Shown: positions 1-5,810 of the stretch, in pieces
Numbering within the stretch: the first letter of the stretch is position 1
Layout: every line of letters begins with the position of its first letter
The notes under the pieces: generated by a model
Seen by the model: only the letters and a program-made list of their open reading frames with translations
The model's database searches: none
Told to the model about the DNA's origin: nothing
Position numbers and translations under genes: made by a program
Assembly: GCF_004365815.1 (NCBI RefSeq)
Contig: NZ_SODD01000062.1
Span: 1-9,799, forward strand
Direction: 5' to 3'
Source of the DNA: Breznakia blatticola
GTDB taxonomy: Bacteria; Bacillota_I; Bacilli_A; Erysipelotrichales; Erysipelotrichaceae
Length of the DNA: 9,799 bases

Positions 1-69
1 ATATAGAAAGGATAATTAAATTCGACTTTCATAAGGTGCTGTTGGTTGAAATAATGTGACTACGTTTGG

Positions 70-135
70 TTAGAATAAAGCGCCGAAGCACAATACAAAT
101 AATTCATTTTGTGTATATTGCATATTACTTTCCAT
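70..135 (-). pseudogene. Remnant of the 209-aa accessory gene (first 15 codons retained, then divergence and a stop)
   Basis: The minus strand reads ATG GAA AGT AAT ATG CAA TAT ACA CAA AAT GAA TTA TTT GTA TTG, giving MESNMQYTQNELFVL. This is identical to the start of ORF 8374..9003. Identity ends at nt 92, the repeat boundary, and the frame stops after 21 codons (TAA at 70-72). Confidence 0.6.
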
Positions 136-427
136 CCAAATCTGTGTGAATCTTTTTCTTCAGTAAGTTCGATAATTCTGAATCATACGTTGTAAATGAT
201 TTAAATAGTTCAGGGAATGCTACAATAAGTTGTTCTTCATATTTTATTAGAATGTTAAAAAGTTCAATAAAGCCCTCAACACATCCTGCCGTAAATTGTT
301 CATCATTTGACATTTGCGTGCATAGTTCTATTAAATCATCGTGTTCTTCTTGAATATTTAATTTGAAGCTTTTTTCCAATTCACTAATTGCTTGCAGCTT
401 CTTTTTATTTACTTTGATTTCACCCAT
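125..427 (-). CDS. Small helical toxin-partner protein, 100 aa (copy A); WXG100-like/Lap-like T7SS accessory candidate
   Basis: ORF-track ORF with an ATG start and SD AGGGAG 5 nt upstream. It overlaps the upstream 122-aa gene by 19 nt. The composition is K/E/L-rich and looks like a helical hairpin. It matches 8993..9295 at 98 of 100 residues. No canonical W-x-G motif is visible, so the family call rests on size, composition and position only. Confidence 0.7.
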   Translation of the reverse strand: MGEIKVNKKKLQAISELEKSFKLNIQEEHDDLIELCTQMSNDEQFTAGCVEGFIELFNILIKYEEQLIVAFPELFKSFTTYDSELSNLLKKKIHTDLDGK

Positions 428-777
428 TCTAACTCCCTATATTTTGCATTCCATGCAGTTTCAAAACTACCTAACGTTCCCTCTAATTTTCTAATATTTG
501 TTCGTAAGTCTTCAATCAATGTTTTTGTATCTCTTATTGTTTTTTCACGATACGGATAATATGCTGCATATAATGATGATTCATGAGGTCCATAACTTTT
601 TAAGCTACTAAAACCACTATTTTCAAATGTTCTTAATTTTGCCTTCGCATCATCTATATATTCTTGCACATCGCAATAATTACTATAAATTTCATTACAT
701 TGTTGTTTTATTGCTTTCTTTTGTCTTGTTTCTTCTTCATCTGTCCACCAGATGATTGTATCTCCAAATCTTTGCAT
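409..777 (-). CDS. Small helical toxin-partner protein, 122 aa (copy A); T7SS accessory candidate
   Basis: ORF-track ORF with an ATG start. The stop of the upstream 29-aa ORF lies 1 nt before it (TAAcATG). It matches 9277..9645 at 121 of 122 residues. The sequence suggests two long helices separated by the loop 'ENSGFSSLKSYGPHESS'. The family call is by position and size only. Confidence 0.7.
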   Translation of the reverse strand: MQRFGDTIIWWTDEEETRQKKAIKQQCNEIYSNYCDVQEYIDDAKAKLRTFENSGFSSLKSYGPHESSLYAAYYPYREKTIRDTKTLIEDLRTNIRKLEGTLGSFETAWNAKYRELEWVKSK

Positions 778-778
778 G

Positions 779-868
779 TTAGAACATTCCTTTAATAACT
801 GCTAGTATGGCACGAACCAAAGACCCCAATATCCCTTGTCTTTTTTTTGGTTTATTATTTTCACTCAT
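779..868 (-). CDS. Unannotated small ORF, 29 aa: MSENNKPKKRQGILGSLVRAILAVIKGMF (basic N-terminus, hydrophobic/amphipathic C-terminus)
   Basis: Hand-translated and below the ORF-track size cutoff. It has an ATG start with GGAGGGAG about 10 nt upstream. Its TAA stop abuts the ATG of the 122-aa gene. It sits just downstream of a terminator and a candidate promoter. Only its 3' half lies inside the 746-bp repeat. In the right-hand copy the 5' half is replaced and a TAA precedes the homologous part. Confidence 0.4.
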   Translation of the reverse strand: MSENNKPKKRQGILGSLVRAILAVIKGMF

Positions 869-903
869 ACACTTCACTCCCTCCGATGTTGACTTACTTA
901 CAT

Positions 904-932
904 AGTATAAAAACAATTGTTATTAATATTAA
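904..932 (-). promoter_or_regulatory. Candidate sigma-A type promoter for the left-hand accessory-gene operon
   Basis: The minus strand reads TTAATA (932-927), 17 nt of spacer, then TATACT (909-904). This lies about 35 nt upstream of the small-ORF ATG and immediately after the terminator T-tract. In AT-rich DNA such matches are easy to find by chance. Confidence 0.3.
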
Positions 933-953
933 AAAAGAGGCGACTGCCTCTTT
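931..953 (-). terminator. Rho-independent terminator ending the toxin/immunity array
   Basis: The minus strand reads AGAGGC-AGTC-GCCTCT followed by TTTTTT (stem at 936-941 and 946-951). It lies 78 nt downstream of the stop of the 114-aa gene. Confidence 0.6.
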
Positions 954-1028
954 AGTTAAATTGAGTATATCCAACAACATGGGGTTTTTGTCCAATATAT
1001 AGTTTATCTTCTTTAATAACTTACTATT

Positions 1029-1373
1029 TTACTTCCATCCTTTTGCTTCTAAATACTTATCTGGTATTCGTAACTCTATTTCCTCTTTTAATTCCTTAAA
1101 GAAAATATTAAAATCTGCTTTATCAAACCATTTTTGACTATTCTCTAAAGATACATAATTTTGTCCATGATTTATACTACAACCAAATCTTCCTCTTTCA
1201 TAATTCAATCTAATATTAAAGTAATTATATACCTCGAAATCTATGCTAAATGTTCTATGGTTAACATCATCATTTACATCAAATATTGCGAAATTATCCA
1301 CTCTATCCCCAAAATACTCACGTATTTTTTCGTCTAAACTTATTGCCATTTCGTGTGTGCTATTTAATTGCAT
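1029..1373 (-). CDS. Candidate immunity protein (114 aa) for the orphan-2 toxin tip; family not recognised
   Basis: ATG start with a strong SD, AAGGAGGA (1381-1388), 7 nt upstream. The SD is embedded in the end of the toxin ORF, and the two genes overlap by 14 nt. The protein is small and acidic with no signal peptide, sits directly 3' of a variable toxin tip, and is followed by a terminator. Confidence 0.7.
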   Translation of the reverse strand: MQLNSTHEMAISLDEKIREYFGDRVDNFAIFDVNDDVNHRTFSIDFEVYNYFNIRLNYERGRFGCSINHGQNYVSLENSQKWFDKADFNIFFKELKEEIELRIPDKYLEAKGWK

Positions 1374-2019
1374 ACCAATATCCTCCTTCTTCTATCAATC
1401 TTATATATCCATGTTCTGTTGTTAGATAAACCCATTCATTCCATAATGCTGTATCTTTAAAATCATATGGATACTGTGAAAATCTTATAGTTTTTCCAGC
1501 ATTAACTGCATCATCTAATACCGGTTTATTGAATAAATTAAACATATCATCATCTGTCAAATTATATTGATTTTTAATATCATTCCACTTCGTTCCTAAA
1601 TCAAAATATGTATCCCCTGTACCTTGAGCTTTTGTTATATAGGAATCCGGACTCCCTTCATAAAAATACTTTCCTAATGTCATGTTTTCTCCATTGACAT
1701 TTTTTACAGATATCGAGCGTAGTTCCAAATAATCTTCCCAAGGCATGGTATAGCCTGCATCTCTTACATTATGCCATTCATTATACCTGGCAGCATCTTC
1801 TTTAGACATTCCTTTTAGCCAATCATCAAAACTATCTCCACTGGTTCCCTTATTTGCTAGTGTGTCTAAATCAAGTGTAGTAGATGGTTTTGCAGTTACT
1901 TTACTAAATGCTGCTCCACCTGCTACTGTTGCTCCTGCCATAATTGCAAATGCCAATAGTGGATTACATCCATTTTCTATCAGGTATTGACTACCTAGAC
2001 CATCATATATACTCCACAA
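1360..2019 (-). CDS. Orphan toxin module 2: about 52 constant-region codons fused to an unassigned 161-aa C-terminal domain (5'-truncated, probably not independently translated)
   Basis: Residues 7-58, 'GLGSQYLIENGCNPLLAFAIMAGATVAGGAAFSKVTAKPSTTLDLDTLANKG', are near-identical to codons 288-339 of the 707-aa toxin. At the DNA level 1846-2001 matches 4066-4221 and 6918-7073. The only start is a TTG with no SD, and a stop lies 4 codons upstream. The C-terminal 161 aa (1363-1845) have no counterpart elsewhere in the window. Confidence 0.65.
   Translation of the reverse strand: MWSIYDGLGSQYLIENGCNPLLAFAIMAGATVAGGAAFSKVTAKPSTTLDLDTLANKGTSGDSFDDWLKGMSKEDAARYNEWHNVRDAGYTMPWEDYLELRSISVKNVNGENMTLGKYFYEGSPDSYITKAQGTGDTYFDLGTKWNDIKNQYNLTDDDMFNLFNKPVLDDAVNAGKTIRFSQYPYDFKDTALWNEWVYLTTEHGYIRLIEEGGYWYAIK
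1846..2001. repeat. 156-bp third copy of a constant-region segment (matches 4066..4221 and 6918..7073)
   Basis: Offset of 2220 nt to the orphan-1 copy. It encodes the segment from 'GLGSQ' to 'LA.KG'. Both ends are abrupt. Confidence 0.85.
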
Positions 2020-2205
2020 AACTATAAAGGACTAACCTATTTTGGCTTGTCCTCTTAAGAATTATAAGTGTTGCTTTAAGCAATTATCTATAGGTTTAGT
2101 AAAGCCACTTATTTTTTAAAGTGCCTTTTTATTTTGATATTGTCACTATTTTAACTAAAATAGCACTTCTTTCTAAAACTCTATTCTATAGTATCCAGTT
2201 TAATT

Positions 2206-2544
2206 TTAGAGTTGAATTTCTTTTTTTGTCAAATTATCAAAAAAACTTATCTTCCCATTTTCTTTAACTAATTGTATGTCAGATCCTATAGGAAAATTAT
2301 AAATCCCTAAAATTGCTGGTTCAATATTTGCAACAGTATTAAAATCCACAATAACTAGATTTTTAGGATTATTTACAAACTCATCTGTATCTATGTCAGA
2401 TAATATTCTCCATCCATTATCATTCTTATCAATGGATTTCTCACGAAAAAGCCATTTTACTTTACCATTGCCATTCAATATATTTTTAGACACTACAGTG
2501 CCTCCTGCATTTTCTAAGAATTTAATCATTTCTGTCATATTCAT
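2206..2544 (-). CDS. Imm33/DUF2185-like immunity protein (112 aa)
   Basis: The sequence '...DKNDNGWRILSDIDTDEFVNNPKNLVIVDFNTVANIEPAILGIYNFPIGSDIQL' fits my recollection of the DUF2185/Imm33 pattern: a conserved GW, an acidic stretch and a G-S motif. It overlaps the ankyrin gene by 23 nt. The start is ambiguous: ATGs at 2544, 2538 and 2529, with SD AAAGGA best spaced for 2538. Confidence 0.6.
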   Translation of the reverse strand: MNMTEMIKFLENAGGTVVSKNILNGNGKVKWLFREKSIDKNDNGWRILSDIDTDEFVNNPKNLVIVDFNTVANIEPAILGIYNFPIGSDIQLVKENGKISFFDNLTKKEIQL

Positions 2545-3040
2545 TCATCCTTTCTAACAACTTTTCTCTATGTCCCTGTTTTTTTGCAAGTTCATATGGT
2601 GAAACCCCGAACTTGTTTTGTGTCTGAAAATCAACAAAATCTTGTGCAAACCATAATTTATAGAAAGGTACTAATTCCTCATCAGTGTATTTCAAATTAA
2701 TTAACCACTGCAACGCAAGTCTGTTTTTTTTATCTAGTGCATTTATATCTACACCTTTATTTATAAATTCTTTGCATAGTTTATAAGTATCTTCAAGTGA
2801 ATGATTTGTTTGACCCAGCAAAACGTGTAGAACTGTTTCATTTTCTTTGTTTTTTGATAAAACATCCACATCTTTTTCCAGTAAAAAATTTGAGATATAA
2901 TAACGGCTTGCTAAATCTGAATTAGATAATGCATAATAGATTAAAGACTTGTTATCATAGAGTTTTTTCTCATCTCCTGGAATATAGTTTTTCTTAAATT
3001 CATCAATATTTTTCAATTTTGCTATTAAATCTATTTTCAT
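2522..3040 (-). CDS. Ankyrin-repeat immunity protein (172 aa)
   Basis: Ankyrin-like repeats are visible, for example 'NETVLHVLLGQ...LCKEFINKGVDINALDKKNRLALQWL'. The ATG start has SD AAAGAGGTG (3046-3054) 5 nt upstream, immediately after the GH-E toxin stop. Ankyrin-repeat proteins are an established immunity class in polymorphic toxin loci. Confidence 0.75.
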   Translation of the reverse strand: MKIDLIAKLKNIDEFKKNYIPGDEKKLYDNKSLIYYALSNSDLASRYYISNFLLEKDVDVLSKNKENETVLHVLLGQTNHSLEDTYKLCKEFINKGVDINALDKKNRLALQWLINLKYTDEELVPFYKLWFAQDFVDFQTQNKFGVSPYELAKKQGHREKLLERMNEYDRND

Positions 3041-3054
3041 CGTTGCACCTCTTT

Positions 3055-4899
3055 CTATTCAAATCTATGACTTCTATTATTAGCTGGTATTTCTGGCCAA
3101 TAATTAGCAGGATCATTGTACCAATCTCTAAACTCCTTCGGTGTCAATTCTCCATCTAGATATCTTTTGTACATATCTGAATATTTAGCGTCAGGTTTAT
3201 GTCCCATATCCCAAATTCCATTACGACTTGTTCCTGGTTCCCATTCTATAATGTCTCCAGTATTTGGGTCTCTTACAATTCCATCTGTATTTTTTGCATT
3301 TTCATAAACATCTTCTACAACACCTTTTCTATACGAAGGACGATTATTAGGATCTAAATAAGGTCTATTATCTATTATTTCAACAACTTCTCCTTCACCA
3401 ATAACTTCTATTGTGCCATCTTTATTGATAATTTTCTTTGCACCCGAATCCTTAAATACATTATCTAGTGAATTGACTTCATCTAATCCCTTAATACCTA
3501 CTTGCTTAAGGTCATCTATATTCTTAACTCCCAAGCTTAGTAAATCATCTGTGTTTTTGATTCCTAGTTTTGTTAAGTCATCTATACTTGTGATTTCTAG
3601 TTTTCCTAAATCGCTTGAGTTTTTTACTCCATATTTTAGTAAGTTATCTGCTTCTCTTCTTATATCAAGAATCGCATTTCCATTTACTTTGTTGTATGCA
3701 CTTATTTCATCTAGTTTATTTAATGCTTTTTGATATCTTAAATAGTCATCCATATCCATGTTTGGTGGCAATCCATCTGTTAACTTAGAATTTAGATATT
3801 TTTCATATCTTGCTGCCTCTGTTGCATCCATCATATCCATAAAGCTTTTCTTGCTATCAAAGATATCATCAATACTTTTATAGGTTGCTAAATCACCTAA
3901 ACCAATATGTTTTAAATCTTCTAAACTATTTACTCCGAATTTTGCCAAGTCATCTGCATTTTTAATTCCTAGTTTAACTAGATCATCACTATTCTTTACA
4001 CCTAGCTTAGCAAGGTCATCCATACTTGTGATTCCATGTTTTGCTAGTTCATCTACATTATTAATCCCTTTACTTGCTAGAGTGTCTAAATCAAGTGTGA
4101 TAGATGGTTTTGCTGTTACTTTACTAAATGCTGCTCCACCTGCTACAGTTGCTCCTGCCATAATTGCAAATGCCAATAGTGGATTACATCCATTTTCAAT
4201 TAGGTGTTGACTACCTAGACCTATCACCATTGCTTGTCCTGTTTCTATTCCTACTTTGATTGTGAAACTTCCTACTCTTGCTGCTGTTGTAGCTCCACTT
4301 AGTGAACCAAAAGTAGCTATATCAATTCCAATTGATATAAGTCCTCCAACTCCCAACATGACTCTTTCATCATCAGATAGTTTTTCTCCTGTCATTGTTG
4401 TTCCAGAACATGCTTCTGCAATGTTTTTTATACCACCTACGACAGGTATACAATCTAAGACAAAACTTAATCCAGATATAAAATCATCCGCTTCCATGTC
4501 ATGTGCAAACTTAGATCCTAGTACTGCATTCATGTATTCATCTTCAGATATTTTATCTGCTTTTATTATACCATCATCTATACCCTTTATGTATTTGTTA
4601 AAGTCATCACCTAAGTCGATGATCGTTTTCCTTTTGACAATATCTTCATAGGTTACTTCTACTTTTCTTACTTTTTTTGTCGTATATCCTTGATATGTAT
4701 TTGGATCTTGTATAACAACAATATCATCTTGATTGATACTTATATTTTCCGTTTTTAGTTTCATAATGTCAATCAATGAGATATCTTCTAGTTTTACTTT
4801 AATATCATCACAAAAGTCATCATCTACTTCTTCTAACAACGAATGCATTCCCGTACGGGTACTACTGTAGTTTGTTTGTTTTTGGTATCGTTTTCTCAA
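3055..4899 (-). CDS. Orphan toxin module 1: 5'-truncated PT-TG polymorphic toxin with a GH-E (HNH/EndoVII) nuclease C-terminus
   Basis: nt 3445-4984 align with 6297-7836 at a constant offset of 2852 nt, with no indels that I can see. That is about 14 aa differences in 483. The variable tip (3058-3450, 131 aa) contains 'WDMGHKPDAKY...PEIPANNRSHRFE', which matches the GH-E family signature. The ORF-track start is a TTG with no SD. The frame is open up to a stop near 5044 but contains no start codon there, and codons 1-33 of the full-length gene are missing. Confidence 0.8.
   Translation of the reverse strand: MRKRYQKQTNYSSTRTGMHSLLEEVDDDFCDDIKVKLEDISLIDIMKLKTENISINQDDIVVIQDPNTYQGYTTKKVRKVEVTYEDIVKRKTIIDLGDDFNKYIKGIDDGIIKADKISEDEYMNAVLGSKFAHDMEADDFISGLSFVLDCIPVVGGIKNIAEACSGTTMTGEKLSDDERVMLGVGGLISIGIDIATFGSLSGATTAARVGSFTIKVGIETGQAMVIGLGSQHLIENGCNPLLAFAIMAGATVAGGAAFSKVTAKPSITLDLDTLASKGINNVDELAKHGITSMDDLAKLGVKNSDDLVKLGIKNADDLAKFGVNSLEDLKHIGLGDLATYKSIDDIFDSKKSFMDMMDATEAARYEKYLNSKLTDGLPPNMDMDDYLRYQKALNKLDEISAYNKVNGNAILDIRREADNLLKYGVKNSSDLGKLEITSIDDLTKLGIKNTDDLLSLGVKNIDDLKQVGIKGLDEVNSLDNVFKDSGAKKIINKDGTIEVIGEGEVVEIIDNRPYLDPNNRPSYRKGVVEDVYENAKNTDGIVRDPNTGDIIEWEPGTSRNGIWDMGHKPDAKYSDMYKRYLDGELTPKEFRDWYNDPANYWPEIPANNRSHRFE
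3466..3630 (-). repeat. In-frame tandem 33-bp repeats, block 2, orphan-1 copy
   Basis: Same units as 6318..6482, with one G-to-E change (GKLEITS). Confidence 0.85.
3904..4068 (-). repeat. In-frame tandem 33-bp repeats, block 1, orphan-1 copy
   Basis: Same units as 6756..6920, with one A-to-V change (DDLVKLG). Confidence 0.85.
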
Positions 4900-5375
4900 G
4901 CTTTCTAGTGTACTTGTTTTATCACCTGCTTGAATAGAATATCCGGATTCTTTTGCAATTGCCTTTGCTTTTTGAATATATTCAAGTATGATTGGGAATC
5001 CAGTTTTTTTGAACTGAAAAAATAATCTGATGTAAAACCTACATTACTTTAAAACCTCTTCTAATCATAGTAAAGTAGGTTTCTTTACAAAAAACATTTC
5101 ATATCATCTTTTGTACTATAACAAGTTATCTTGATGTGACACTTTATTTTGGTGTTTTGTTTGTATAACCAAAAAGACCTTATTCACAGTATGTACAATC
5201 TGCTGATAATGGTCTCTATGTTTATTTCTTGTTTCTTATTTACTTTACATGTAAATTTCACCCATAAACATTTGCATATTATTTTTATTTATTCATCGCT
5301 TCTTCGTAAGTTACTTGGGATAGATTAATAAATTCTAATTTGCCAATTCACAATGTTTTTTCGTTATTAATAACC

Positions 5376-5798
5376 TTAGTAATTGTCAATACCTTCTTGA
5401 AAATAATCTTCAATGAAATCATCAAATGAACTATATCTTTCGTTCATCTTTTTTTCCCCAGGCTCCCATGAAAATACTTTTGAATCTTCAAAATTAGATT
5501 CTAAGCACATGATAAATTCTCCTAGATCATAAATCACTATAGCATTTTCATTTAACCCCAACTTTCTATATTTGATAGTTGCTTGAACCAAGGAAGAACC
5601 TAAATCACCTTCAATTCCTTCAATATCTATACCGCAAATTCCTCCCGATCCATAAGTCGATAAATAATCTTTGTATTGTTTAGGAAATTTCACATTTAAT
5701 TCATCTTCAACTTCTCTTATTCTTTTTTCTTCAATAGGTCCATAAAAATCACCAACATTGCTATATTCATTAATCATTTTTTTTATCTTCTCGTTCAT
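5376..5798 (-). CDS. SMI1/KNR4 (SUKH-1) family immunity protein (140 aa)
   Basis: 'IREVEDELNVKFPKQYKDYLSTYGSGGICG' is the typical SMI1_KNR4/SUKH N-terminal pattern. The ATG start has SD AAGGAGGA (5803-5810), and the gene begins 12 nt after the LHH toxin stop. Confidence 0.85.
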   Translation of the reverse strand: MNEKIKKMINEYSNVGDFYGPIEEKRIREVEDELNVKFPKQYKDYLSTYGSGGICGIDIEGIEGDLGSSLVQATIKYRKLGLNENAIVIYDLGEFIMCLESNFEDSKVFSWEPGEKKMNERYSSFDDFIEDYFQEGIDNY

Positions 5799-5810
5799 CA
5801 GTTCCTCCTT

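Larger units (their letters stand above)
92..837. repeat. 746-bp direct repeat, left copy (partner 8960..9705)
   Basis: Collinear with the right copy at a constant offset of 8868 nt. I count about 8 mismatches and no indels. Identity ends sharply at both boundaries. Confidence 0.9.
3445..4984. repeat. 1.54-kb toxin constant-region repeat, orphan copy (partner 6297..7836)
   Basis: Constant offset of 2852 nt with scattered substitutions only. The identical antisense shadow ORFs in the ORF track (4028..4210 and 6880..7062) illustrate the identity. Confidence 0.9.

Noticed and set aside
1-32. A minus-strand ORF starting at ATG 32 (MKVEFNYPFY...) and running off the left edge
   Set aside because: Only about 10 codons are visible, it has no SD, and it is in a different frame from the gene remnant. 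That is not enough to support a feature.
92-837. The 746-bp direct repeats as ends of a mobile element or composite transposon
   Set aside because: The repeats consist of ordinary accessory genes. No transposase or integrase is present, I found no terminal inverted repeats or target-site duplication, and the orientation is direct. Segmental duplication or paralogous loci is the simpler reading.
1363-1845. ADP-ribosyltransferase assignment for the orphan-2 tip (KYFYEG / RFSQ / IEEGG as R-S-E-like elements)
   Set aside because: The spacing and residues do not convincingly match the R-S-ExE or H-Y-E signatures. The resemblance is too loose to report as a call.
2724-2731. Homopolymeric A/T tracts inside coding regions as phase-variation switches (T8 at 2724-2731, T7 at 2221-2227 and 8815-8821, T8 at 841-848)
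   Set aside because: Tracts of 7-8 nt encoding Lys-Lys are expected in DNA of about 30% GC. All are currently in frame, and nothing in the window shows length variation.
3413-3733. Plus-strand ORFs of 60-131 aa at 1243..1425, 3116..3307, 3413..3733, 4028..4210, 4256..4651, 6244..6585, 6880..7062, 7108..7449, 8180..8368 and 8546..8809
   Set aside because: All lie antisense inside much longer minus-strand genes that carry recognisable domains. Their products are low-complexity and S/L/F/I/P-rich, as expected from reading AT-rich coding DNA backwards. None has an SD. The duplicated pairs merely mirror the toxin constant-region repeat.
3466-4068. Regularly spaced 33-bp repeats as a possible CRISPR array or non-coding tandem repeat
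   Set aside because: The units are contiguous with no spacers, are degenerate at the DNA level, are in frame, and sit inside a long ORF where they encode an 11-residue protein repeat.
5170-5215. A possible terminator after the SUKH gene (GAGACC...GGTCT followed by TTTTT on the minus strand)
   Set aside because: It has only a 5-6 bp stem with a loop of about 31 nt and poor internal pairing, which is too weak to call. Similar AT-rich mini-hairpins at 2060-2150 and 5035-5085 were dismissed for the same reason.
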